A DNA stretch of 64,000 nucleotides from Sminthopsis crassicaudata (GCF_048593235.1 NC_133617.1:7693607-7757606), one strand, 5' to 3'; numbered from the stretch's first letter, positions 35,866-55,530 are shown. Made by a program: numbers and translations. The notes: a model not told the origin generated them from the letters alone.

Positions 35866-37372
35866 GCCGCTGTGGGAGCCGCAGACGCTGCTGAGCGCGG
35901 CAGTGGGAGCAGCGCAAGGGGCAGTGGGAGCCGCAGACGCTGCTGAGTGCGGCAGTGGGAGCAGCGCGCGGGGCAGTGGGAGCAGCGCGCGGGGCAGTGG
36001 GAGCAGTCGCGGGACAGTGGGAGCCGCAGACGCTGCTGAGTGCGGCAGTGGGAGCAGCGCGCGGGGCAGTGGGAGCAGCGCACGGGACAGTGAGAGCAGC
36101 GCGCGGGGCAGTGGGAGCAGCGCGCGGGGCAGTGGGAGCAGCCGCGGGACAGTGGGAGCCGCAGACGCTGCTGAGCGCGGCAGTGGGAGCAGCGCGCGGG
36201 ACAGTGGGAGCAGCGCGCGGGGCAGTGGGAGCCGCAGACGCTGCTGAGCGCGGCAGTGGGAGCAGCGCACGGGACAGTGGGAGCAGCGCGCGGGACAGTG
36301 GGAGCAGCGCGCGGGGCAATGGGAGCCGCAGACGCTGCTGAGCGCGGCAGTGGGAGCAGCGCGCGGGACAGTGGGAGCAGCGCGCGGGGCAGTGGGAGCC
36401 GCAGACGCTGCTGAGCGCGGCAGTGGGAGCAGCGCACGGGACAGTGGGAGCAGCGCGCGGGACAGTGGGAGCAGCGCGCGGGGCAATGGGAGCCGCAGAC
36501 GCTGCTGAGCGCGGCAGTGGGAGCAGCGCGCGGGACAGTGGGAGCAGCGCTGGGCAGTGGGAGCAGCCGCGGGACAGTGGGAGCAGCCGCGGGGCAATGG
36601 GAGCCGCAGACGCTGCTGAGCGCGGCAGTGGGAGCAGCGCGCGGGACAGTGGGAGCAGCGCGCGGGGCAGTGGGAGCCGCAGACGCTGCTGAGCGCGGCA
36701 GTGGGAGCAGCGCGCGGGACAGTGGGAGCAGCGCGCGGGGCAGTGGGAGCAGCCGCGGGACAGTGGGAGCCGCAGACGCTGCTGAGCGCGGCAGTGGGAG
36801 CAGCGCGCGGGGCAGTGGGAGCAGCGCGCGGGGCAGTGGGAGCCGCAGACGCTGCTGAGCGCGGCAGTGGGAGCAGCGCACGGGACAGTGGGAGCAGCGC
36901 GCGGGACAGTGGGAGCAGCGCGCGGGGCAATGGGAGCCGCAGACGCTGCTGAGCGCGGCAGTGGGAGCAGCGCGCGGGACAGTGGGAGCAGCGCTGGGCA
37001 GTGGGAGCAGCCGCGGGACAGTGGGAGCAGCCGCGGGGCAATGGGAGCCGCAGACGCTGCTGAGCGCGGCAGTGGGAGCAGCGCGCGGGACAGTGGGAGC
37101 AGCGCGCGGGGCAGTGGGAGCCGCAGACGCTGCTGAGCGCGGCAGTGGGAGCAGCGCGCGGGACAGTGGGAGCAGCGCGCGGGGCAGTGGGAGCAGCCGC
37201 GGGACAGTGGGAGCCGCAGACGCTGCTGAGCGCGGCAGTGGGAGCAGCGCGCGGGGCAGTGGGAGCAGCGCGCGGGGCAGTGGGAGCCGCAGACGCTGCT
37301 GAGCGCGGCAGTGGGAGCAGCGTGCGGGGCAGTGGGAGCCGCAGACGCTGCTGAGCGCGGCAGTGGGAGCGC
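35866..37372. repeat. CpG-rich compound satellite (21- and 31-bp monomers) with a 444-bp higher-order duplication
   Basis: Monomers gcagtgggagcagcgcgcggg and gcagtgggagccgcagacgctgctgagcgcg; ORF pairs 36423/36867, 36517/36961 and 36701/37145 are each offset by 444. Confidence 0.95.
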
Positions 37373-38199
37373 CTCACGCGGCAAAAGGAGACTTTGGGGG
37401 TTGCTGGGGGAGGAGCTTCCTCCCCCAGGACCCAGGAGTCCCAGGAAGCAGCCCGGAACGGCCCGGACCCCGCGCTCCGCAGCTCCCTCAGGAGAGGCCA
37501 TCCTTGGCTCAACCCTGGGGGCTGGAGGGCGGCAAGAGCCAAAAGGACCCAGGGCCAGTCCCCCCAGCCGGGACACGCGAGGGCCGGGACACGCGAGGGC
37601 CGGGTGGCCGCCCAGGGGCACGAGACGAGGGGAGGTGGGGGACGAGGACCTCCGGGCCAGCGGCCTCCCCTTGCTCTGAGATGAGGCTGCGGAAGCCTTG
37701 GGGTGCGGGTTGAGCGATGTAAAAGAGTGGGAGACGGGGCGGCTCCAGGACGGCGCCCGCGTAGCTCAGCTTGTTTGGGGAAGGGACAGAGGAGCCGAGC
37801 CTTTAGGGGACTCTCCTGAGGAGCAGGGGGGGCGGGTCAGGTCAGGAGAGCATGCTGGGAGCTGTGCTCAAGCTCAGCTTGGGGGGGGGGCCCCCCGGAG
37901 GAGACTCGAGGGACGGTCCTCTGCGGGGGAGGGGAGGGGAGAGAGACGGGGCGGGGCTCCTGGCGGGGGTGGGGGGGAGTGTCCTGCTCACTGAGGCTCC
38001 GGAGGGGGAGGGGCACGGAGGGGGGAGGCCCTCTGCGGGGAGGGCGCGGGGCGCGGGAGAGAGGGCAGCGGGACGTTTAGATCCCGCACCCCGGGATGCT
38101 GTACTCGGGATCCCGCAGGGAAGGAAAGGAGTCTGTCCCGTCAGGGTCCAACAAGAGCGTGTGGTTTCGTGGGCCCTGCAGAACTGGGGAAACTGAGGC

Positions 38200-45416
<7,217 letters not shown>

Positions 45417-45611
45417 CTGCCCGCCGGCCCTCACCGTCACGGCTCTGAAGATGGGGCCAGAGGAGGCTGCAGGGGAGGGGGCCCCGTCGCCCTGCCCGGC
45501 CGAGGACTCCGTCCCTGGCCCGGCTCAGGGGAGGTGCGGGAAGGCCATCGGGTCTGCCGGGCTTCTGTTTGTGTGTATAGGTGCCCCGGGCACAGCTAGG
45601 AAGGTTTTTTA

Positions 45612-45617
45612 AATAAA
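45612..45617 (+). terminator. AATAAA poly(A) signal of SMARCB1
   Basis: About 195 nt after the stop codon. Confidence 0.8.
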
Positions 45618-46383
45618 GAGAATCTCCGATGTTCACTTCCTTAGCAGAGGCTGGCACTGGGCATCCGGGGGAGTGCAGGGTTCGGTGCCCACTGGTGCCA
45701 GGCCCGTGCCAAGGACTTTGTCATATGCTGAGGTGGGCTTCCTGATACTGTGTCCCTTGGGGGGCCTGGGGGATGGACCTGACCCCTAAGAGCGGGGAGG
45801 GAGGGGGCCTCCACCTGCACGGCCGACAAGGGAGCGCTCGGGGACCAGGGTTGGGCAGAGACAGCCTGGGAACGGGGCAGACCTCCCCCTGAGGACAAAG
45901 GGCTGGCCGCTGGCAAGGGCCCGTGCCCATCAAGAAGGCTGGTTTGGAGCCCGAGAGTGGAGAAACGTTTATTCAGCCTGTTCTGGGGGGGGTACGGAGC
46001 CGGCCCTGCCCTCTGGGGCGGGCGTGAGGAGGCACTTCCCACGCCACCTTGAAGACCTGCAGAGGCCCGTGCCCCGCTTCCTGCCTCCCTGTCCGCGGCC
46101 ACCCCCAATGCAGGTGGGCAGTGCAGCCCCGGGAGACCCCTGGGGCATCCTGCCTGGAGGAAGAGGCTCTTGGGTGTTCAGGGAGCCCCCTCCGGTTTGG
46201 GGCCTCGGGGACCCTTGCCCCTTTGCCAGAGAGGCTGACCCGTGACCCCTGCAGCGCCAGGGCGGCTCCAAATAAATGGGCGACAGTCGCCTTCCCTGGG
46301 AGAAGCCTGGAAATATGCCCGGGAAGCGCCGGGCTCGGGCAAGAAGGCACCGGAGACCAAGCTTGTGTGGATGCTGCCAAGTG

Positions 46384-46389
46384 TTTATT
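46384..46389 (-). terminator. AATAAA poly(A) signal of DERL3 (second candidate at 45968-45973)
   Basis: tttatt on + strand about 100 nt beyond the DERL3 stop. Confidence 0.7.
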
Positions 46390-46491
46390 AGAGCCTTCGC
46401 CCCACCCCACCGCTCTCCTTTCCCAGAGAGGGGCCCGGGGGGCAGGGGAGGCCCCGGGCCTGACTAGAGCCGGGCCGGAAGGAGGAAGTGG

Positions 46492-47973
46492 TCACTGCTG
46501 GTCCCCGGGGTCCCCCGCCGGCCGCTCCTCAGGAAGGGGTCTGTAATTGGGGTCCTCTTCAGGGGTGTCGAAGATCAGCTTCCTGCATGGCGGGGACAAG
46601 AACCGCCGGTTGGGACTGGGGGGGGGATGGGGCCCCAGTCCGAGTCCCCGTACTCACAGGAAGCCGGGGGTGAGCAGGAGCTTCTTGCCCCCGGGTTGGT
46701 TGGGAAAGACGTCTTCAAGGAAGTAATAGATGTGGCCCACGGCGATCCCTGAGCGGGAGAGAGCAGCCTCGGGATGGGGTCGGGCCCTGGGGCTGCGCCC
46801 TCTCCTCCAGGGGCGCCCCCCCCCTTGCCGCTTGGGGCCTTCTTGGCTCATCCCCGGGGCGCCCCGCCCCCTCACCCAGCAGGTCCACCAGGACGGAGTT
46901 GCCCAGCAGCAGGGAGAAGGCCATGAGCACCCAGGGCAGGAAGGGCGCCTGGAAGTTGAGCAGCCCGAAGAAGTTCATGCGCAGGGCGGGGTTGCGGCGG
47001 CTCCACACGTACACCAGCATGATGGTGAAGGCCTGGCCCAGGAAGAAGAGGCTGGCCACGAGCCCGAAGAGCTGCGGGCTCTGGAGTCAAGGAGGGGCCG
47101 CCCGGCCCGGCCGCCTCAGCGTCCCCAGCGCCGCGGGAGCCGCCGGAGACGCGGGCCAGGCTGCGCTCTCCCTGCAGGGCGGGGCCGGCCTGCCCGCCCC
47201 CTCCCGGCGTGGAGGGGCCCTCCCCCGCGCGCCCCCCACCCCCCCCCGCGCGGAGGGCTCAAAGGATACTGTCATGAGGACGCCGCCGAAGAGGAACATG
47301 AAGACGAAGTCGGCCGTGCGGCCGCGGAAGGAGCCCTCCTCCAGCATGCGGCAGTACCTGTAGCTGGCGCGCTATCGGAAACTGGCCAACGGAGGGGCTG
47401 GAGGGTGGCGCTGGAGCCGGCTGCCCCCCTCCCCCAGCCGGCCGGGCTCTCCCCACTCCGCGCGCCCGGCACCCGCCAAGGATACAGGAAGAGCATGTTG
47501 AAGAAGAAGCTGAAGCCCAGGGGCCCGAAGAAGAGGAAGTTCGTGACGAGCCTCCACACCTGCGGAGGAGGAGGAGGAGGAGGGGCTGGGGCGGGCCCAG
47601 GGGCGTCCCCGCCCCCGCCCCGGACCCGCCCCCGCCGCTCACCTGGAACTTCCTGAAGATGAGGTCGGGGTTGAAGTAAAGCTGGAAGGGGGTGATGAGC
47701 TCCAGCTGCTGCGGGGACACGCCAGAGAGCCGGCTGGGGACAGGCCGGACAGGGGGAGGGGAGACGCGGGGGCTGCGGGTGACAGGAGGGGCGGGGGCGA
47801 GGGGCGGAGGGGACGAGGGGACCCGGGGGCTGGGGGAGGGGACACAACCACGGGCGGGGACCCCCGAGGCGGGCTCTCACCACGGCCGCTGTGGTCAGCA
47901 CGCAGGCTGCCGTGTAGGCGCGCGTCACCGCCGGCACCTGCCAGAACTCGGCCGCCAGGCCCCGCTGCGCCAT
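46492..47973 (-). CDS. DERL3: Derlin-3 (ERAD), 234 aa
   Basis: Exons 47973-47881, 47708-47643, 47559-47486, 47363-47270, 47071-46876, 46748-46658, 46582-46492 (93/66/74/94/196/91/91 nt). [24 protein letters not shown]...[31 protein letters not shown]...DQQ*. Confidence 0.96.
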
Positions 47974-48089
47974 CTCTGCCCGGGACGCTGCTGCCGAGGC
48001 CGGGGCCGCCGCTGCCGGTCTGGCCGCCTCCTGTACCTTTAATGGGGGCTCGCCCCTTCACTCCCTCCCACCCCATCCCGGCCCCCAGT

Positions 48090-48790
48090 AAATTGGCCAA
48101 TCCACGGACGAGAGGGCAGCACGCCCTGCTCGCGCCCTAGAGGCGAGCGGCCAATGGGTACAAAGGACGTGGAACTCTTCCCGCCCCAAACACAAATGGA
48201 CCAATTCGAAGAGTGATGCCCCGCCCCTTTCCTGACGCGCTCTTTGACCAATTCAGAGCCACCCCACTCAGGATTTTTTCCTCATGGAATGATCGTGGCA
48301 TCCAATCAGAGGGCTAACGGGGGTGGAACCCTGGAGGTCGGGGCCAATCAAGGGTCGGGAGGTTGGTTTGAGCGAATCCAGTGACTCGAGATGAAAAAGC
48401 AAGAGTCGCGGACAGGCTGCCCAATCAGCAAATGGTGTAGGGCGGGTTCTTGGAAAAATGAACCCATAAGAGCAGAGAGCGTAAAGGGGTCGGGCGACCG
48501 GCAGTTGGGAAGACCAATGAAAAGGGGTCGCGTGGAACTGGAGTCTGCGGAGGGCCCCTGGAGGATGGACGTCATGAGCAATGACCAATATGAAAGATTC
48601 ACGTGAGAATGAAAACACGGAGGCGGGCCCAGCCAATGAACACTCAGACGAGTGACAAGTAGAGCGTAGAAGGGTAGTAAAGAGCCTTCCCTCCCCCCCC
48701 CCCCCGCCCCAGGGCGCCAAGAGGCCAATAGGACGAAGGCGCCGCTGCAGGGAGGCGGGAGCCCACGGGGTCACGTGGGACTGGCTTCGG
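48090..48790. promoter_or_regulatory. DERL3 promoter with 11 co-oriented CCAAT boxes and ACGT-core motifs
   Basis: CCAAT at 48097, 48151, 48201, 48248, 48302, 48344, 48421, 48514, 48585, 48633, 48725; CCAAT-N9-TCACG at 48585-48603. Confidence 0.75.
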
Positions 48791-49644
48791 CCCCTCCCTC
48801 TGCCTGCCCCACTTTTTGCGGGGCGGGGAAGGCAGCCGCGGGTCCTGGGCTTCGGGTTCTAGCTTAGTTGAAGGGCTGTGGTGTCGCTTTCACCCTGGGC
48901 CTGTGAGGGAGTGGTCGGGTCAGCCCAGTGCTGGGCCCGGCGGAAGGCGCTGGGGGCGGAGCGGGGCTCGGGGAGCAGCCTCCGGCCCGCTTTTACTTCG
49001 GCTTTTCGGGAGACCCAGGGCGGCGGCGGAGGGGGGGGCTGAAGGGGAATGGCGCTGCCCCACGCTGGCCCCCCAGCCTCCCGCCTCTGCCGGTGCTCGC
49101 CCCCTCCCTTAGATTATGGTCAGAAGGAGGGTCTTTGAGAGGAGGGAAGGAAGGAGAAGCGGGCCTGAGGGCCTGACCTGGCGGAGGGACGGGAGACGGG
49201 GCCTGCGGGTGGGGGCCTTCCCCCGGGTCTCAGCCTGGCCAGCCACACCCGAGCAGGGCAGGCGGCCCAAGTGTAGAGGGGTGAGGCGCCTGGCCCGGAC
49301 TGGCTGCCTGGAGCCTTCCCTGCTTAATGGCTCCCTGCCAGGCGCCCCAAACCCCCTAAGTGAGCCTGCTTACTTGCCCGGAGCTCCTCCCCATCTCGGC
49401 CCGACCCAAAGGAACCGGCTCGGGGCTCAAAGGTTCGGAAATGGCCTCCTCCTGCCGAGACTCCCCCCCCCCCCCTTACAAAGCCCTGCCCTTCCCCCGC
49501 ACCACTGCCTCCCGGGTGGTCTCGAGCTGGTTCGCCTCCATCCCCCCACCTTGTCAGTGAGTAAGGGGAAGGCGGGAGCCGATGTGTGTCACGTGTTCGC
49601 CAAAACGCCCATCGATGCGGGCCCAAACGAGGGAACCTCGGGGT

Positions 49645-50617
49645 GCACGGTCGGCGGCCTCCCGGCTGTGGAAGGGGCGCACGGGCGGCGGCCTCCGGGG
49701 TGTGGAAGGGGCGCACGGGCGGCGGCCTCCGGGGTGTGGAAGGGGCGCGCGGGCGGCGGCCTCCCGGGTGTGGAAGGGGCGCACGGTTGACGGCCTCCGG
49801 GGTGTGGAAGGGGCGCACGGGCGGCGGCCTCCGGGGTGTGGAAGGGGCGCACGGGCGGCGGCCTCCGGGGTGTGGAAGGGGCGCGCGGGCGGCGGCCTCC
49901 CGGGTGTGGAAGGGGCGCGCGGGCGGCGGCCTCCCGGCTGTGGAAGGGGCTCAGGGGCGGCGGCCTCCGGGGTGTGGAAGGGGCGCACGGGCGGCGGCCT
50001 CCCGGGTGTGGAAGGGGCGCACGGGCGGCGGCCTCCCGGGTGTGGAAGGGGCGCAGGGGCGGCGGCCTCCGGGGTGTGGAAGGGGCGCACGGTTGACGGC
50101 CTCCGGGGTGTGGAAGGGGCTCAGGGGCGGCGGCCTCCGGGGTGTGGAAGGGGCGCACGGGCGGCGGCCTCCCGGGTGTGGAAGGGGCGCACGGGCGGCG
50201 GCCTCCCGGGTGTGGAAGGGGCGCACGGGCGGCGGCCTCCGGGGTGTGGAAGGGGCGCACGGTCGGCGAGGGGCGCACGGTCGGTGGCCTCCGGGGTGTG
50301 GAAGGGGCGCACGGGCGCCTCCCGGGGTGTGGAAGGGGCGCACGGGCGCCTCCCGGGTGTGGAAGGGGCGCACGGGCGCCTCCCGGGTGTGGAAGGGGTG
50401 CACGGTCGGCGGCCTCCGGGGTGTGGAAGGGGCGCACGGGCGCCTCCCGGGTGTGGAAGGGGCGCACGGGCGCCTCCCGGGTGTGGAAGGGGTGCACGGT
50501 CGGCGGCCTCCGGGGTGTGGAAGGGGCGCACGGGCGGCGGCCTCCCGGGTGTGGAAGGGGCGCACAGTCGGTGGCCTCCGGGGTGTGGTAGGGGCGCGCG
50601 GGCGGCGGCCGCCGGGT
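49645..50617. repeat. 34-bp G-rich minisatellite with shorter variant units
   Basis: ggggtgtggaaggggcgcacgggcggcggcctcc, roughly 30 units. Confidence 0.95.
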
Positions 50618-51442
50618 TGCTGAAGAGTCCGCAGCTCCAGGCCGACAGAACCTCGCCAAGGCGCCCGTGACGTCCCCAGGTGGCTTCCAGATGATGCGGA
50701 GCGGTCCGAAGATGGCCGCAATGGGGGAGGAACGGGTCTGTACGCCCCCAAACCCAAGCAAAGGAGACTTCCAATTCCTGCCCGCCCCCGGGGCCTCTTC
50801 CGGCTCCCCCGGTCCGGTGCAGAGCGCAGTGGTCCCGGCAGTGACGCCCTCCGCCTGTCTCCCTCCCCAGGACAGCCCCCCCTTCCTTCACCCCCGGCCT
50901 CCCCGGAGTGTGGGATCGCTGCTTCCTCCCAGTGTCCAACTGGGCTTTCCTGGCAACTGTCCAAAGAACCGCCCCGTCCACAAAGATCATCTCCAGGCCC
51001 TTGATCCCTCAGTTCTCTCCCAGGCCGCGTCCTCGCACTCGCCACTCTCCCCATTTTGACCCCGATGGACCAATTCTGCGCCTCGCCTCCTTACATCCCG
51101 ATTACGCCCAGGGACGCCCCTCTGCCCCTACCGATCCTCTGCCTCCTCCGTACCCTCTCACCCTTCCCAGTGGTCCCTCTCCTACCCTCTGCAGCCAAGG
51201 CTGCGGAGCTCCTTTTCCCCCTCATTGTCTCCTGTCACTCAGGGATAGAAAAGCCCCCCTCTCCTCCAACCCCCCCCAGACGAGCCCTTCTCCTGCCCCC
51301 TCACCAGTTGCCTCATTCCTCCTCGTGCTTTCATCTTCCTCTCTCCGCTGCCCACAAGCAGCCCATGTCTCTTGTCCCTTTCATCTGTGCTAACTTAGCC
51401 CTTGTGGCAGCTCCTTGCAGTGGGGCCTCCACTTCTGCTCAA

Positions 51443-51830
51443 GCTTTTTTTTTTTTGAGGGGGGGCGATTGGGGTTAAGTGACTTGCCCACGTGTTGAGT
51501 GTCTGAGGTCACATTTGAACTCAAGTCCTGACTTTAGCGCTGGGCTCTATCCCCTGCGCCACCTAGCTGCCCCTCAAATCTTAACCCTTCCAACTGGCCT
51601 CTGACTTCATTCCGCCAAAACTGCCCTTTCCAAAGTCAACAGGGACCTCTTAGCTGCCCCGGCCGATGGCCTCTGCTCCTCGGTCTCCCCGAGCTCTGGA
51701 GCCTTGGACACTACTGACCAATTTCTTCTGAGGGATATTCTCAGGTTTTCAAGACACTGGGAAGGGACGGGAATAAACATCTTATAGTGCCTACTGTGTG
51801 CCAGGCCAGGGGCTTTGCAAATATCTCAAG
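51443..51830. mobile_element. WSINE1 (minus, ~51443-51574), L2 fragment (~51590-51760) and MIR fragment
   Basis: SINE consensus; aaactgccctttccaaagtcaac...gatggcct...ggacactactgac is L2-like; atagtgcctactgtgtgccaggc is MIR-like. Confidence 0.65.
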
Positions 51831-52349
51831 ATTCTCCTTTGGTTTGAAGCTCTGACTTTCAATGATACATTCTGCCTGAATTCCTTTTATTTTCATCAAG
51901 TTTTATGGAGGCTTTAAAAAAATCACCTGGATGGATTTCTTCCTTGTAATAAGTAAAACAAGTCAACACGCTGACCATGGTAGAAAAATGTATGCTCACC
52001 TAGTGAATATGGAACTTTGTTTTGTTAGGATTCGGGTGAAGGGAGACAATTTGGAACTTGAAAATCTCAAAAATGAATGTCAAAAATAAGAGAAGGAAAA
52101 GAAAATCTGCACCTCAAAATCCTTTGCTGGCGTATAGGACCACCGCTCCAGGGTTGGAAGGACACCTGGGCCCTGCCCTTCAATTGACAGATGTGGAAAC
52201 TGAGGCCCAGGGAGGTTAGCCCCCCCCCCCCCACACACACACACACGCACACACGCTGCCTCCCAGGAGAAGTCGATAGATTGTGCCTATGGGAATGTGC
52301 ACCTTTCTGCAGAAACCAGAACAGTCTCTGGCCTGGAAATGGCCAGAGC

Positions 52350-53780
52350 CAAACAGCAGGCCCGAGGCAGGAGGATCAAGACCCAGAGCAGCCACAGAAT
52401 TGACTTCAGAGTGAGGAAAAACCGCTACCATTCTCATTCGTCTCCGGAGAACAGGGCTTACCATGTTGGAGTAAGGCGGCGCTTAGATATGATACGCAAG
52501 TGGGCTTCAGCAGGACGCGCCACTCTTAGGGCTCATGGCTGGCGTTTTTGGGCTAGGGCAAGTGTGCTGGGTCCCATTGGAACAGCCATTGTCCTAAGTC
52601 TTGGGGATCATGACCACTCTGCAGAGCCCTGTGACAGGAAGAGGAGTCACCAAGTGTAGGGACAGTGAGCAATGATGGATGGCCCTGGGAAATGAGGGAG
52701 CCAAATCCCTCAGCAAGCACTTGGTGCAGATCCAAGCAGTGCACGTGGCCCGAGGGTGTGGGGAGTGCCAAGGACTGTAGTCAGACCAAAACCAGGGCAT
52801 GGCCTGCTGGCTGCCCCTCAGGTCTGGGAAACGGGTCGCCAGAGCATTCCAGCTGTTCCATTGGAAAGGGTTCTCTTCAGTATGAATGGGTTCTTGGTGA
52901 GTCAAGCTGCCCTTGCTGGCAAAAGGCCACTCTAGCCTCCAGGGCCATCTTGGCCCACGCTAGAGACCCAGAAGGTACCAGGAGCTCAGCCCTTCCCGCT
53001 CTGCAGCTCTGGTGTCCTGACCATTCTGACCAGGCAGCCTACTCTTTCAGGAAGGCCCCGCCCTGCTCGTTTCAGGCCATTCTCTCTAGTCAGACAATTC
53101 CTGTGTGGTCCCCGAACCACCCCTATAACTTTGAGATCCAGCCCGGCTTTCTTTGATCCCGTCTCTCTTTCTCACCTTGGTCCTTGAGGGAGGGTATCTC
53201 CAGGGCAGTGTTTAGCAGGTGAATAATTAATTGGCTTTCTGGTTTTTTGCCCACCCATCCATCCTTCTATTCAGGCTATTTTATAATCATATAGTTTCTC
53301 TGCTGAGTGAATGGAAGTAAGGGGTGAATTTCTGTGGTAAGCCTTCCCACATTAGTTCCATTTATAAGCTTTTTCCCCAGGGTGAATCCTGTGCTGGGAA
53401 GTACATTCTGACTTATGGGAGGCCTTCCCACATTCTTGACATGAGGTTTCTTTCGGGGATGAACCCTTTGACGATAAATTTGTTCTGTCCTCCAGCCAGA
53501 GGGATGAATTCTGTGCTGAGAAATAAGTGGCGGGTTTTGGTTGAAGATCTTTCCACATTCACTACATTCATGCGGTTTCTCCTCAATATGAATCCAGTGA
53601 GGGGAAGGAAGTTCTGACCTACGGAAGAAAGCCTTCCCACAGTCATTAACTTAAATTTTTTTTTTTTCCTAATAGGATTTCTCTGATGAAAAATTAGTTT
53701 TGTTTTCTGCCCACAGTCATTGCAGGTATGTGGCCTCTCTGCAGGAGGACTCCCGTCATGGGAAATCGGGGAGGAACTGT
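52350..53780 (-). pseudogene. Decayed C2H2 zinc-finger array (KRAB-ZNF type relic)
   Basis: Minus strand ~53610-53497 reads HWIHIEEKPHECSECGKIFNQNPPLISQHRIH; nearby CQECGKA...QHRIHPGEKAYK and THQEPIHTEENPFQ, broken by stops and frameshifts. Confidence 0.75.
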
Positions 53781-53959
53781 GGGTGAAACCTTCCCCACAA
53801 CAGGGACCTGCTGGCAGGGAGCACCCCCAGGAGAGCAGAGTACCTAGTTTCATGTTCCATCTCAGGGCAGAAGGCTGGAATTCACAGCCACAAGAGGGAG
53901 ATCAGGGAACCAGAGTTTTTGCAGTGGGGGAAAAAAAGGGTACTCCCACTTCAAAGAAA

Positions 53960-55530
53960 AATGTCAAATGGCCACCAGCCCAAGAAGAGTTCTTCAAAGA
54001 GCTTTTTAAGAGACTTTAAAAATCAAATAAGGTAGAGGAATTAGGTGGGGAGAGGAAAAAGCAACACGTGAAAGCCAACCTATTGAAAAGATTCAAAACC
54101 TTAAGAAAATAACTCCTTAAAAATTAGAAATGGATCAGTAGACTTGGGATGGAGAGTGCTATCTGCACCTAGAGGGAGACTGTGGGCAATGAATGTGATC
54201 ACAACTTAGTATTTTCACCTTTTTTTGTTGTTTGCTTTTTTTTTTTTTTTCCTTTTTGATCTGATTTTTCTTGTGTAGTATGATAGATGTGGAGGTATGT
54301 GCAGAGGAATTGCACATGTTTAATATAGATTGAACTGCTGTCTGGCAGAGGGAGTGAGGAGGAGGGAGGAAAATTTGGAACCCAAGGTTTTGCAAGAGTA
54401 AATGTTAAAAACTAACTTCGCATGTATTTTGAAAATAATAAAAAAACCAGAATTGGACAAAAGAAAATATAATGGTATTATACTACCAAGAAATAAAATC
54501 AAAAGAAAGGAAAAAATAGAAGCAAATGTGACATATCTCATTAGAAAAACAACTTATTTGGAAACAAGTTCAAGGAGACACAATATAAAAATTATTGGAC
54601 TATCTTGTAATGTTCTGATGGCCTCTCAGTTGTAATCCTTGTCTGGGAGGAGGTTTCTTTTCTGTATAATCTTTCCTCTATGAGCAGGTTTCTTGGGAGG
54701 CTTCTGGAGCCTCCAGCCAGCCTCTTCTTCTTCCTGAATCCTGGCTCTGAAATCTCCTCCAGCTCTTGTCCTTCCCCAATCCAGACTGGTCTCCAGGCTC
54801 AATGTTACCTCTTTTATCCTCCCAGAGAATGGACTTGTGGGTACTCCCAGGGGCTTGTGGGAATTACTTACAACCAATGAACTTGTTCCTCTTAGAATTC
54901 CTAAGGTGTAAACTCCCTTTAAAGGCCTGAGCCAAAGGTCTGAGCCAGAGAACTGTCAAGTCAACCTGAGTTCTCACCTTGTAATTGTCCAGACAACCTG
55001 AATTCTCACCTGGTAATCCTAACACTATCTTAAAATTATGATTTTTTTAAAATAACCTAGATATTATATTACATAAAAGTATTAAGGAAAATTGCCCCAG
55101 AACACTAAAACAAGAGGGAAAATTAAAAGTAAAAAAAGCCACTGATCACCACCTGAAAGAAATCCCAAGATGAAAATTTATAGGAGAATTATAGCCAAGT
55201 TTCAAAATTTCCAGGTTATGGAGAAAATACTATAAGCAACAAGAAAGAAAACAAGTAATCAGGATATTACAAGATCTAGAAGCTTCTATATTAAAAGATC
55301 CTTGGACCACTGCATTTCAAAGAGCAAAGGAGATGGGCTTGCAACCAAGAATAATTTACCTAGCAAAGCTGAGGATAATCCTGAATGGAAAAAAAGTGTG
55401 TGTGTGGGGGGCGACATTTAATGAATTGAAAGACTTTCAGGTATTCCTGAGAAAAAGACAACTTAATGGACAATCAGACATATAAAATCAAGGAGAAACA
55501 AAAAGCAAACATTAAAGACCAATTATAAGG
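53960..55530 (+). mobile_element. L1 ORF1 fragment carrying a nested L1 3' piece (~54150-54450) and a solo LTR
   Basis: aaaattattggactatct|...|taaaattatg joins across the LTR; gaaatcccaagatgaaaa...attatagccaagtttcaaaatttccagg is ORF1-like. Confidence 0.7.
54606..55024 (-). mobile_element. ERV2 solo LTR with perfect 6-bp TSD
   Basis: Minus strand TGTTAGGATTAC...CAGAACATTACA; TSD ctatct at 54600-54605 and 55025-55030. Confidence 0.92.

Noticed and set aside
30855-37372. Possible CRISPR-like arrays
   Set aside because: Units are directly adjacent with no unique spacers, and the DNA is mammalian.
35598-37621. 427-586 aa Cys/Ala/Pro-rich ORFs resembling metal-binding repeats
   Set aside because: Antisense reads of the CpG-rich satellite.
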